Source: Vicugna vicugna
Lineage: Eukaryota
NCBI GenBank assembly: GCA_013265495.1
Contig: MU057711.1
Span: forward strand, 1,426,001 to 1,490,000
Length of the DNA: 64,000 bases
Direction of reading: 5' to 3'
This document shows positions 49,200 through 61,039 of the stretch, piece by piece. Numbering within the stretch: position 1 is the stretch's first letter; every line of letters starts with the position of its first letter. The position numbers and the translations under genes were made by a program. Below the pieces are notes generated by a model, which was given only the letters and a program-made list of their open reading frames with translations, had not been told where the DNA came from and did not search any database.

Positions 49200-51675
49200 A
49201 TTCTTTGATTGCCAACATTTTATGATGAAAATATTCAAACATACAGTAAAGTTAGAGGAATTTTACAGTGAACCAAGGTATCTAGAGTCTGCCAGTAACA
49301 TTTTACTATGCTGGTTTTATCACTTACCTATTTACCCGTTAATCCATCTTATTTGGGTACTTCAAAGTAAATTGAAGACTTCATATATCTCCCCCTTTAA
49401 AGTTCAGCAAGGATTTCATTAATTAGAGTTCAGCATTTTGTTTACACACAAATGAAATGCACAGGTCTTAAGTGCATTCCATAAGCTTTAACAAGTACGT
49501 ACCCCTGTGCACCCCAAGCCCCTATCAAGATATTGCCTTCACCATGAGAAAGTACACTCTTGGCTCTTCCTAGGAAATTTTTACCCGCTTCCCTAAGAGG
49601 CAATCATTGTTCTGATTTTTCCCCCACTGTAGATAAGTTTGGTCTGCTCTATAATTTCATATGAATAATTATATAGTGCACACACTATTATGTAAAGCTT
49701 ATTGCGCTGAGAATAACATTTTTGAGACTCATCCATTTTGTTGCATGTGTTTGGTAATTTATTTCTTTTTATTGCTGAGTAATATAGCATTGAATGAATA
49801 TTCAATGAATATTTGTTTATCCATTCTCCTGTTGGTGGATATAGGCTGTTTCCAGTTATAATTATTATGAATAAAACTGCCATGAACATCCATGTACAAA
49901 TCTTTTTGTGGATATATTCTTTTATTTATTGTGCAAAAACAGAAGTGAGATCACTGGGTCATGGGCAGTATGTTAGTTGTGTAAGAAACTGCCAGCCCAT
50001 TCCAAGAATCATTATATCATTTTATATTCCCAGCAACAATATATGAGGGTTCAAGTTGCTCCACAACCTTTCCAAAATTTGATGTTGTCTGTCTTTTTAA
50101 TTTTAGCTATTCTGATAGCTATGAAGTGGTATCTCATTATGGTTTTGATTTGCATTTCCCTGATGACTAATGATGTTGTCCATTTTTCATGTGTTTATTC
50201 GCCATTCATATATCTTCTTTTGTGAAGTGTCTATTCAAATCTTTTGTCCATTTTTAATTAGGTGGTTTGTCTTTTTTATTATTGAGTAATAGGAGTTATT
50301 TATGTATCCTGAATACCAGTTCTTTTTCAGATAACGTTTTGCAACATTTTCTTCTCATCTGTGGCTTGCCTCTTTATATTCTTAAGTTTACATTTTGATG
50401 AGCAGAGGTTTAATTTTGATAAATTCTAAAGATTTTTTTTCTCTTATTAAAATTGCTTTCTGTGACCAGCTTATAAAATCTGTGCCTACTTCTCTAAAAG
50501 CTTTATGGTTTTAGCTTTTGCATTTACATCTAAGGCACATCTTGAATGAGTTTTGTTATTGACAAGGGGTAGGAATTGTAGTCACTAACATGAATGTAGA
50601 GCTCTCCCAATACAATTGGTCAAAAAGACTTTTATTTATCTATCTGACTGCTTTGTTGCCTTTGTTGAAAAATTAAATGATTGGATAAGTGTGGATTCTC
50701 TATTCCATTTCATTGATTATTTGTCAATCATTATGTCAATACCACAATGCCTTTATTTCTGTAGCTAAGTCTTGAAATCAGGTAGAATTCCTTCAGTTTT
50801 GTTCTTTCTCAACATTATTTTGGATATTTTAGGTCTTCGAAGTTCTACATAAATTTCACAATCAGCTTTCTTGTTCCTACCAGAAAAATAAAAAATTCTA
50901 CTGGAATTTTTGGGATTGCATCGAATCTTTAGGATGATTTGAGGATAACTTACTTATTAACAGTATTGGGTTTTCTCATCCCTGGATATGGTCTAGTTCA
51001 CAGTTTCTTTGGACATCTTTTAATTTCTCTCAACAATGTTTTCTAGTTTCCAGTGTAGAGAACTTGCTTATTAAATTTATTCCTAACTATGGTACGTTTT
51101 GACACGATTTTAAATAGAATTTATTTTTTTATTTTATTTCTAATTGTTTGCTGCTAGTATATAAATATCCATTTGGCTTTTGTGTATTAACTTTGTGTCC
51201 TGCAAACTTCCTAATGCGTTTATTAGTTTTGGCAGTGTTTTTTATAGATTCTGTGGGATTTTCTATCTAAACAATTATGTCATCTGCAAATAACTACAGT
51301 TTTGCTTCTTTCTTTTTGGTCTTTCAAACTTTTATCTGTTTTACTCACCTCACTGCACTAGCTAGGACCTCCAGTGCTGTACTAAATAGCAGTGGTGAGA
51401 GTAGGCACATCTTGCCTTCTTAAAGAAAATGCATTCAGTATTTCACCCTAAGTATGACATTAGCTGTAGGTTTTTTGTTTTTGTTTTTTTTTTTGGTAGA
51501 TGTCCTTTATTCGATTGAAAAAGATCTTTTCTATTTGTAGTTGACTGGGAATTTTGATCAGAAATTGATTTTGAATTCTTAATGCTTATTCTGCATCTGT
51601 TGAAAGGATCATAGGGCTTTTTTTTACCTTATATTCTGTGAAGCCAGCCTTGCATTCCTGAGATAAGCCCCACAA
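49200..51675 (-). mobile_element. Old LINE-1 (L1MD/L1ME-like): 3'UTR plus degenerate ORF2
   Basis: ORF 49593-49889 (-) MFMAVLFII...EWINK...YYSAIKRN is ORF2 C-terminus; antisense hallmarks gtggtatctcattatggttttgatttgcatttccctgatgactaatgatgttg and tatgtcatctgcaaa (RT FADD motif). Confidence 0.92.
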
Positions 51676-52414
51676 TGTTTTCCTATAACTTAAAATGGTT
51701 GTTTTATAATACTAAAAGCTTGATTTTGTACATATTTAGATGTGAAAATCAAATATAACTTTGAACATACATAAAAATATAACCTACATGCTTCAAATAG
51801 GTTAGGTATTCCTGAAATTTCTTTGCATTTGGAGTTCGAATCTGGTTGAATCACTTTTGATCTCTGAACCATCAGTGCTGCTGTTTGTCCAGACGATCAT
51901 GTCTTCTTTGCCATTAAGAGGCTTGCTGATAGAGAATTTATTAAAATAATGCTGCATTATTATCTACAGAATTCTTCCAGGCTGTCATCACCTCTGCTAC
52001 AAGCTTTGATGGAATACATAAACACTGACAACCACATAATGACTGCTGTCTGCCAATAAAGATTATTGAACATTATGATTTGGGGAATGTTAAGACATAA
52101 ATAAAATGTAGATGTTCGACGGCTTAAATATGGTAACAATTTTCCCCTTTTCAGCAGAGAATTTTGTAATAGGGAATTTCATTTACTACCTGATACATTT
52201 CCAGTCATGTTTTGGGTTTTACAGGGAGAAAATATCACTTTTATAATCAGAAAAAATTTAATAGATACTTTAAATAAGATTAATTAAAAACCTTCAGAAT
52301 AGTTTACAAGTTGTACTGTCTACTTTTAACTTTTGAAAGTTTGCAAATAAAAAGGACTTTGGAACGACATCTAGTCTCATCGAACAGGTAGAGACATTGG
52401 CACTTGACTAGTCA

Positions 52415-52545
52415 ACTAGACTTGTAAGCTCCATGAGAGCAGAAACCAAGTGTGTAATGATCATCACAATATCCACTGTGCTGTCACCCTTCCTGGTATG
52501 TAGTTGGTACTCGACAAACACTTTCTGAAAGAATGGGTGAGCAAA
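52415..52545 (+). mobile_element. L2 3' tail
   Basis: gtaagctccatgagagcagaaac...cctggtatgtagttggtactcgacaaac. Confidence 0.7.
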
Positions 52546-52722
52546 TCAGATTTAAAGGATATATTAAGTGGTCAAAAATCACACGGAGGAAACTTGCTGG
52601 CTGGGATGGGACTAAAATTTGAGTTTCCTGATGCCACTTGTCTATACTCAGTCATCTACTGTATCCAACTAAGACCTGGAACAGTTGGCTTACTTAGGTT
52701 TTCTGATCTTGCAAAGGTTGTG

Positions 52723-52724
<2 letters not shown>

Positions 52725-52762
<38 letters not shown>
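52725..52762. repeat. (GT)19 microsatellite
   Basis: Uninterrupted GT run, read directly. Confidence 0.97.
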
Positions 52763-52765
<3 letters not shown>

Positions 52766-53149
52766 AATTTGGGATCTTGCTGTATGCACCATGGATCTTG
52801 CCTGATATGGCAGCAATTACAAAAGTCTAGACCTTGTTGTCATAGCATAATAGGAATTTCTGTCTTCTTCTTCCCCATAGCATCACTGAAAGCAAGTCAC
52901 AGATGCAGTGTGTGGCTATTAATCACTCCTGTTAGCCAGACTGCATCTCAGTGGCATGTTGTGCATTATTAAATTATGCCATCGCTCACTCTTGGGCTGC
53001 TGTGTTTAACTGCATGGAAAGAATTACTGATCAAATCTCCCCAAATACTTTTCCCCTAGCACAAATCAAGCCCTGTTTATCTGAGCAAATGTTACATGGC
53101 TAAATCCCATGGTTAATCAAAACCATTTGAGGCTCTGGCTCAACCATAT

Positions 53150-54095
53150 TCAAATATCAACATGTACCAGTCACCTTCTTATCCTCCCTTCTGAACCCAA
53201 GCACCTTCATAGTTTCCCTTGTCCCAGTCATTTGGTCTTACCAGGCCCACTCCAAATCTTCAAGCTGAACTCATGGTCCCCCTGCTGCCAAGCACACTTG
53301 CCTGTCCTCTCATCACATCTCAGTAAATGGAACCATCACCTACCAAGATGCTGGTGCCAGAACCTAGGAGACATCCTTGCTTCTGCGCTTTTCCTCAATT
53401 CCTAATCCACAGACTAGTCAGGTTTATTCTATTTCCAAAGAGATTTCAAATATGTATGATTATCATCATTCCTAAAAATTTGCTCTGGACTATCATATTT
53501 CATCCAGAAGCTTCTTAAATGACCCTCAAACACCTTCTCCTGCTCCCTATAGCTTATTCTTCCCACAATAGACAGAGTGATATAATAACACAAATCAGGT
53601 CATGTTACTTCTCTGCTCAAGACCCTTCAGTGCTTTCCAATTTCTCATGGAAAAAAATCAAAACTATTTATCACAACCAGTAAAGCTCTGCATGATCTAA
53701 CCCTTGCCTAACTCTCCATCCACGTTATGCAGGACTCTCTCCCTCACTTTCCTTTAACACACCAAACTCGTCCTCACTCCGGCTCCCTAGCACACACGGT
53801 TTCCCCTGCCTGGATGCCCCTTAGGTTGGCTCTTCACCTGGACCCTTGTCATGATTTGCATATCAGCTTAAATGCCACTTCCCCCAAGAGGTCTTCTTGA
53901 GCTCTTTATACCAAAGAGGGCCTTCTCATGATTTTTTGTTGTTGTTTATTTCTCTCCTAGCATTCATTACAACCTGACAATTACTTTGTCTGGTTTTTTT
54001 GATCTGTCTCCCCTCACCAAAATGTAAGCCCCCTGAAGGCAAAACTTTGTACTGTTCAGACTGTTCAATGCTAAGCACACTTCCCAGCACATGTT
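53150..54095 (+). mobile_element. L2 LINE (L2a-like) 3' ~0.9 kb
   Basis: catctcagtaaatggaaccatc...caaatcaggtcatgttacttctctgctcaagacccttcagtg...aatgtaagccccctgaaggca. Confidence 0.88.
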
Positions 54096-54619
54096 ATTCC
54101 CTCTCTCCCTCTCTCCCTCTCACATGAAAAGAAAGCGTTTATAGGCAGAGGAATTAGGATCTCATCCACAATGGAAATTGTAATCATGTTCAGTCGATGA
54201 GAGGTACCCAGGAAGGGAGTAGAGCTGGTGAAGCATACAGCTGTGGGAACTTATGTTGGACGCAGTGAGGATAACTGAGAGGAAGGAAGAGATGGGTGTG
54301 GGTGGAGTAGGCTGGGGAGACTTCATGGGGGAAGGGGAATTTTGTTCATTTGTTCATATATCCATATGTGTGTATGTGTGTGCGCGCATGCATGAATGCA
54401 TGGGGTTTGTATATATGTGTACTCCTCTCCTCCAAGTTGGCTCGAATCTCAGGCTTTACCTGGTAACAAGGTGGCAGCCAGGTGCTCCAGTCATTTACCC
54501 ACTTTGCAGAAGCTCTTGACGTTTACTCCAACAGGATGGGATCAAATTATCTGCTCTCCTTTGACCCACCACTGAAGTCGTCTTGTCTTTGACCTGGAGG
54601 GATGCATCCCCAAATCAAA

Positions 54620-55520
54620 GCCAGGGACTGAACTGGAGGAATAGGCAATGAATGCTTGGGAGACAGTTGGTTCACTCAGTAAACGCTCATGGAACCTTCC
54701 TGTGAGCCAGAGGCTGGAGACACAAAACAAGCAAGCTTTCAAGTCTTAGCCCTATAGGGGCAAGTGTGGAAAATAGAGAAGTGATCAAGTGCTGTGTTAC
54801 AGTGAGACAAAAGTAGGATAGAGGAACAAGACACGGTGGTTTGGACATTTCCATGAGAGAGGAGGAGGGCTCCAGGCAGAGGGTTGCATATGAACTGGGC
54901 CTCAAAGAACAGGGGGCATTTGCCAGGTGAAGAAGAGGGGAAGGGGCCTCTCAGGGCAATGGAATGGGATGTGCAAGCCCCAGAAGTGTGAAAAAGAAGG
55001 GCCTAATTGTGTGTTGGGGTTGGAGGGGGTATAAGAGGATGGAGGGAAAGCTCTAGAACAAAAGTTCGGTACATAGTTTGCACACTGGTAATCTGTACCC
55101 ACATCTTGCTTACACCTGCATTTTGTTTGACCAGCATAGTATTTTAATTTTTAAATTAGTTTTCAACTTTTAAGATGTAGGAATTTTACATCAAACCCAG
55201 ATATCCAGCTTCCATGGAAACACCAGATGTGGCGTTGTAGCCCCACATTCCCTTGTGTCAGTAATCAGCTGAAATCCACCATTTCTACCCCTGGTGGGTG
55301 GGATAAGGGAGCCCCATGCCTCACAGCCCTTCCCTCCCCAACACTCCCCAGCTCTCTGCATTCATTCACATTACCTGACTGGTCCTTGAAGGCTTTTGAG
55401 TTTCAGATCCCTGGCCTGGTGAAATAACTTGACTCTAGACTGATGAGTGTTTCATGTGCCAAGTCAAGTGTTTAGATTTTATCCTACAGACAGTGACTAT
55501 CCACTGACAGTTTTAAAGTA
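54620..55520 (-). mobile_element. L2 LINE fragment interrupted by a MER102-like element
   Basis: gcatttgccaggtgaagaagaggggaagg...tgcaagccccag; resumes gtgccaagtcaagtgtttagattttatcct...ccactgacagttttaaag. Confidence 0.75.
55073..55413 (+). mobile_element. MER102-like hAT-Charlie element (near full length)
   Basis: ttttgtttgaccagcatagt...cagatatccagcttcc...cattacctgactggtccttgaaggcttttgagtttcagatccctg. Confidence 0.75.
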
Positions 55521-55654
55521 GGTGAATGTCATGACTAGTTCTTATCCAGCTTTACATTTTCTGCATCAGTCAGCACAATGGCTTACACAAAGCAGGTGTG
55601 AAGTCATTATTGGAAGAATTCATTAAAGAAGGAATAAATCTTAAAAATTAATGA

Positions 55655-56190
55655 GTAACAACCACTTTGGAAAACTTTTTGGCAGTAAGCACCAAATCTG
55701 AATATGCACTAATCTGTGACCCAGCAATTCCACTCTTAGGAATTCTCCAGCAGAAATGTATACATGTGTTCACTATCACATGTGGACTAAAATGTTCATA
55801 GCAGCCCAGAACTGGGAGCAAAAATCCAAATGTCCATAAATGATAGAACAGCTAAATAAATGGTGGTACCTTCACATCGTAACTTCTACTACAAGGCAGT
55901 GGGAATCAATGATACAATAACATACAAAAATATAGATGAATCTTACAAGCATAGTACTGAGTGAAAGAAACAAAACGGGCAGCCGTATGACTCCATTTAT
56001 ACAAAAATACAAACACAGAGAAAACTATCCCATTAGAAGTCAATGTTGTGGTTACTCTTAGGGGACGGTTGTGACTGGGAGCCAGCAGGGGATTTGGGGG
56101 TTTTGCCATCTTCTGATTCTTCATCTAGGTGCTGTTACACAGGTGAGTGTAGTTTGTGAAAAACTGTGCACATGTAAGATCAGTGTATGA
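55655..56190 (+). mobile_element. Old LINE-1 3' end (L1ME/MC-like)
   Basis: caaccactttggaaaac...tgacccagcaattccactcttagg...atgttcatagcagc...ctaggtgctgttacacaggtg. Confidence 0.88.
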
Positions 56191-56609
56191 GTCCCATTCT
56201 GAAACCGCCTTGCAACATACAGCATGGTGGTTGTTCAATACATTTTAGGTGATCGATTTAAACCAACTCTGTTCTTTTCTCATCAACTATCCTAATAGCT
56301 TGGTAAATGTATTTTGTATTTAATTGATTAATCTGGGCGAATGGAAGACCCCTTGGCAGCATGCGGACCTTGGGAAGAGAGGGTCTTGAAAGCGAACAGC
56401 CAGATTAGAGCAAGAAGCTGGAGACCTGAAGCCCCCTGGCCGGTTGGCCCTGGACAGGACCACTGGGCCTCATTAACGCACATGGTGATAATTAATGCTC
56501 TTCCAGAACATCGGCAAAGTCTGAGAACTCAATTAGAAATCACACACTGTGTGAGGAAAAGGAAATTCGGCGCCAAGTGAATCCATTCAATAGAGCTCTG
56601 GCAAGTCCT

Positions 56610-57200
56610 TGCTAAGACAGAGCTGGCTGTATCCATGGGGGAAGTTGTGATGGGAAGGCGGGAACCTGCCCTCGGGATGTGCCTGCTCTAGTGGGAGAGA
56701 GAGACCTGCAGATAGGCCTGGGGGTAGCTGAGAGGTCGGAGAAGGGCTCGCAGGTAGCTGGGGAGGGCCATTCTGATTGAAGGGCTGGTATGGAACGTGG
56801 GAGATGGCCTGAAGGATGGACAAAAGTTCACCAGGGAGTGACAAGGGATAAGCTTCCCAGGCTGGAGGGACTGTAGCAGCAACACTCTGAGCAGTAAGAA
56901 CAGCTGTGTACATCCCCGTGGGAGGCAGTCCAGGGCAGCTGGAGGTCCAAGTACGCAGAGCACTGGAAGAGGGGAAGTTGGACAAGTAAGACGGTCCAGG
57001 TCACAAAGGTTTTAAATGGCTGAGCAGTCTCCATCCTATGGGCGCTTGGTGATGTTGGTGACGGCGGTGCATGTGATGCAGGGGAGGAGGCTAAGGATTT
57101 TGAGGAAATGGGGAACCCAACCCAACCTGGGTTTTCAAAAAATAGTAGCCTGTCTTAAGGAAGAGGATAAACCAGAACATGGATTACAAACCCAAATGTC
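56610..57200 (-). mobile_element. Diverged L2 fragments
   Basis: gagatggcctgaaggatgg...ttcccaggctggagggactgtagc; gaacccaacccaacctggg...aaggaagagg. Confidence 0.5.
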
Positions 57201-57299
57201 CAAAGTGTTAACCATTCAATGAGGGAAGAGGGCCAAGTGATAGCATGTAATAAATGCTATAATAAGTGGGAACGGCCACTCCCTCATACTGCCGGGGAT

Positions 57300-57536
57300 A
57301 AGTAGGAACCGTGGTAGCACTGGTGGGCATTCTAATAGGGCAGGCAGTTCTCAGCTCCAGCTGGCTTTCCTCTGTATAGAGATGCAGGCCCAGCATTAGT
57401 CCAGTTTTTCTAGAGACACTAGAAATCTGGATGCTTGTGTACAGATAGGCCATCCAGTCTAATTTTTTTCAAAGCACTAGGCAGCCTAAACAAATTCTAC
57501 TTGAATGCAGCTTAGGTCATCCCTTTGTGACCCCTG
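57300..57536 (-). mobile_element. MER102-like hAT-Charlie element
   Basis: ggggcaggcagttctcagctccagctg...gcaggcccagc...agaaatctggat...tttgtgacccctg. Confidence 0.7.
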
Positions 57537-58414
57537 AAAATTGAAAGTCCACGTCCCTCCAGTATTTTACCGCACTGTTAAGTCACAGGGAGTTTGGTTA
57601 AAACACGGTGATAGAAAGAATGTATCAGGACGTCCAAATCCTTTTTCGCAACAGCTCAGAAGACCTGGAACAGCTGCTAACTGTTCTGTTTTGGCGACGT
57701 CTGGGGTCCTTTCGGGACAGCATTGATCATCACAACAGTGCTTTGTGTGTCTAAATCTCCTCCATTTGTTATCTGCGCTGCTGGGGTTTTTTTGCCGTCA
57801 ATATTTTGGGTGAAGAGAGACATCTCCCTCTAATGACGCCCTAATCGTTACTAATTTCCTCTGCATGGATTGTACGCCATCAGGTGTAATGAGCACATTT
57901 GCTTTTTTAATGCTCCTGCTGCAAAGAGTTTCTGGGAAATGGTTTGAAGGCACGTGCACAAGCCGGGTAGGGAAATAGCGGGGAGGCCAGGAACATCACC
58001 CACGTGGGAGGGAGCAGGAGGTCAGCTGCTGGCAGGAGGGCCCTTCAGCCAGGGGCGGGACAGAGCCAGCTGGGTCCAGCCCTCCCCTCACCCCCGTCAG
58101 CTTCCACTCACATTAATAATCTTAACTCCCTGATTTGCAATTAACCCAAAAGCTCTGTAATGATAATGGGATACGTGTGTAATTTGGTGCCAGAAGATGA
58201 TAGATCAGCAGGGCTGGCATCTTTATTAATCTCTCTGTTTTGTTGCTCTGAGGGAGGTGGGGGCCACCTTATCCCAGTGTCCTTGCGCAGGGAACCACAA
58301 GTGAGGCCTCCAGGTAGGCCCGCCTGGGGTGGTTGAGAACTGGGTGGCAGCTGAATTCTCCATAGGAAAGTTAAGGAAGGGCTGTGACCTGCCTGAAGTC
58401 CTGAAGCTGCAGAT

Positions 58415-58535
58415 AGCCATGTTTGGCAGGCCTAGGTAAAGTCTTTGGGAAAATGTTATTTATAAAACGGGAGATTTCTTGTAAACTTACAGAGTTGGGC
58501 TTCTTTAGATAAACAGGAAGATCTGGCAATCCCAG
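58415..58535 (+). mobile_element. MER102-like fragment
   Basis: aaaacgggagatttc...ggcttctttagataaacaggaagatctggcaa. Confidence 0.55.
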
Positions 58536-58985
58536 GCTTCCACGCCCAGAGGGCAAAGGGCACAGGGCCTAAAGGGCACAGGGCACATGCCAGCTGTTTG
58601 TCCTGGCCCCCACCCTGCCCACTTCACCCACACACCTGCCAGGGCCCATGGCCAGAGGTGAGCACCAGGAATGAAGAGGCCCAGCTCGGCTTCAAATGTG
58701 GGAAGGCCTTCCCCTGCCTCATGCCAGGGCTGAACCTGGTTCTTACTGGTTTCATTTGCATGGCTCCTACTTGGGAAAAGAGCACCAGATGTGATTTCTC
58801 ATCCAGAAGCCCACTGGAGGCTGTGATTCCTCATCTGGCAACTCTTTATTGATTCCGTTCTAGGACCCAGGCACAGGGCTCACAGTGTGGAAAGGGTCAG
58901 ACACAAGTGGCACCACTGGATAAGACAAGAGGGGGACTGAAGGCCAGCCCTGATCAAGTAGTTGTGGCTGACTGCAAACAGTCCT

Positions 58986-59065
58986 AGTGGAACTAGGAGG
59001 AAAGCTCTGATTGCTGAACACAGTCAGTCCTGGGCACAGGAAGAAGGGAGTGAAAGCACACAGAC
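58986..59065 (+). repeat. Copy 1 of an ~80-bp dispersed direct repeat
   Basis: Aligns by hand to 60825-60906 with 9 substitutions and one 2-bp indel. Confidence 0.92.
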
Positions 59066-59094
59066 CGTGTGTTTGAAACCCCTGGTCCAATAAA

Positions 59095-59395
59095 AAGAAT
59101 AGCAAAGTGAGACTCAGAAGATCTGGGTCCTGGTCCAATCTCTGGAACCCCCTTTTCATGTGACCTGGGGATAGGACTGCCAGATAACAATACAGAATCT
59201 GAATTACAGGTAAGTAAGTACCCCTTATGCAATTTGGGGGGTGTACTTATGCTAAAAAGTATTTATCTGACATTCAAATTGAACTGGGCATCCTGTATAT
59301 TCATGGTTAAATCTGGCAGCCTAACCTGGGAACATTATGGACTTTCCATCTCTGCTCTTCAATTTCCTCAGCTGTAAAAGGGAGTCAGGCAAGAT
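59095..59395 (+). mobile_element. MIR SINE interrupted by MER53
   Basis: actcagaagatctgggtcctggtcc...catgtgacctggg, resuming tctctgctcttcaatttcctcagctgtaaaa. Confidence 0.75.
59172..59324. mobile_element. MER53-like hAT MITE with 8-bp TSD
   Basis: TIRs taggactgccagat / atctggcagcctaa; tttatctgacattcaaattgaactgggcatcctgtat; TSD cctgggga (59164-59171) / cctgggaa (59325-59332). Confidence 0.88.
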
Positions 59396-59530
59396 CAGTT
59401 GTTATCAAAGAGCTTAGCTACAGAATCTTCCTTCAGAATTAAAGTATCAGTAGAAGCCAAAAGTGGGACACAGACAAAACTGAGGCTGCCCTGGTGGGAG
59501 GTGGCGTGAGGACCCTAGAAGCATGGCTAA
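59395..59530 (+). mobile_element. MER103C-like fragment
   Basis: cagttgttatcaaa...cagtagaagccaa...acagacaaaactgaggctgccctgg. Confidence 0.5.
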
Positions 59531-59594
59531 CTCTCACAGAAAAGGCTCTGTGATGTCAAGCATCCTACAGTGAGGCAGAGCTCACCTAAGATGA

Positions 59595-59835
59595 GAATAA
59601 TTGTAATAATAGTAACGAAAACAACAACAATCCCAGGTAACACTCACCAGGGGCTTCCCATGGCCAGATGCTTGGCGTGTATTACCTTTCTGAGTACTTA
59701 CAACAACCTGAGTTGTAGGCACCACAATTACTGTCATCCTACAGATGAGGAAACAGAAGCAGGCAAGCCAGCGGTAGATCCAGGATCTGAATCCAGAGAG
59801 TTGAACTCTAGAACCCATGCTCTTAATACCAAAGA
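59595..59835 (-). mobile_element. MIR SINE (near full length)
   Basis: cttacaacaacctg...acagatgaggaaacagaagc...ggatctgaatccag...ctctagaacccatgctcttaa. Confidence 0.85.
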
Positions 59836-60509
59836 GCCATCTAGAAATAATGGATTCAGTTTCAACTCTAGGTGTGAGCCTCCCACTGCTGAGGGTGTGC
59901 AAGCAGAACCTGGGTGATCGTCTGACTGTCTTTAAGTCTTACTTAGGGTGGTTTATTGATCGTGGGCAGGGGTTAGACTCAGCTGATCTCCAGAGCCCCT
60001 GCTCCAACACCTTGTGGATCTGTGGCTCTTGGGGATTTTACTAATGGAAATGAGACCTTGATCTTCATTCCCAAAGATTTTTTTGAAAAGAAATAATTGA
60101 AGAACCTCATTCATTCCCGTAACGATTATTTGGTAATTACCATCAACCCACTAGGAATCTTAATTCAGCTTTTTTCTTGCCACTTTTGCCTTCTTACACT
60201 AAATTATAACTGTGCATAGAGAGACCATTAATTGAGGTTAAATTGCACCTGTCCTTGTTGGCAGTGGTTGCCATGGCTACTCTCCTCTGACCACCCTCAA
60301 TCTGCAGTTGGACTGGACAATTTTGAAACTTGCCATGAGTGGCAAAAAGCACTTAGGCTGATCTCTGGACCATTTCTGCAGCAAAGGAGTATAGTCCTGA
60401 CCAAGTTCAAGGGAGAGAAGGAGGACAGTGGAGAAATAGTCCAGAAAGGTTGTGTGAAGACCCACAGAAGGGTAGAGGTGGAAGGATTCCAAAAGATAGT
60501 TGGTCCTAC

Positions 60510-60725
60510 CTGCTATCTGATGGAAATGGAATCAGAAAGACCAAGACCAAAATCCCCTTTGTGCTGCCTTCTCTATGACCCTACCCAGGTTACTTAACTT
60601 CCCTGATCTCTGATTTTCCTTTGTGATACCTACCACATACCTACAGTGAGGAGTAAGAATTTGCTACCATGACATGCCCAGTATGACTAGCCCAGAATAA
60701 TCACTTGAGTGATGGTGGCTATTTT
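60510..60725 (+). mobile_element. MIR SINE
   Basis: ggaatcagaaagacc...tatgaccct...ggttacttaacttccctgatctctgattttcc. Confidence 0.65.
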
Positions 60726-60824
60726 GATCATTCCCTGGGAAGGTGCTCAGAAACTGAGAGCCCCCACTACCATTTTCAATTCTCTGCATGAATATGGGGT
60801 CCTTTCCAGCTCTAACATTCAGAA

Positions 60825-60906
60825 AGTAGAACTCGGAGGAAAGCTCTGTGATTGCTAAACACAGTCATCCCTGGGCAGAGAAAGAAGGGAGTGAAAGCAT
60901 TCAGAC
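60825..60906 (+). repeat. Copy 2 of an ~80-bp dispersed direct repeat
   Basis: ggaggaaagctctgtgattgctaaacacagtcatccctgggcagagaaagaagggagtgaaagca; matches 58986-59065. Confidence 0.92.
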
Positions 60907-61039
60907 ACCTATGCACACAAAGATGCAAAGACAGAGACACATACCCATACAAGCACATACTCTTGACTGGAGAGTCCAAGAGGAGGGGTAGACACATGCT
61001 GAGTCCCCACTGGAATGAAATTGACTGGCTTGGGAGAGG

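Noticed and set aside
58540..58556. CTCF-like site (cgcccagagggca)
   Set aside because: It mismatches the 5' part of the core consensus; matches this weak are expected by chance.
59200..59220. Strong splice donor CAG/GTAAGT
   Set aside because: It lies within a MER53 MITE and I could not support an upstream acceptor or coding exon. Other isolated donor-like sites (e.g. ~5600, ~10615, ~56140) were rejected for lack of a supportable exon.
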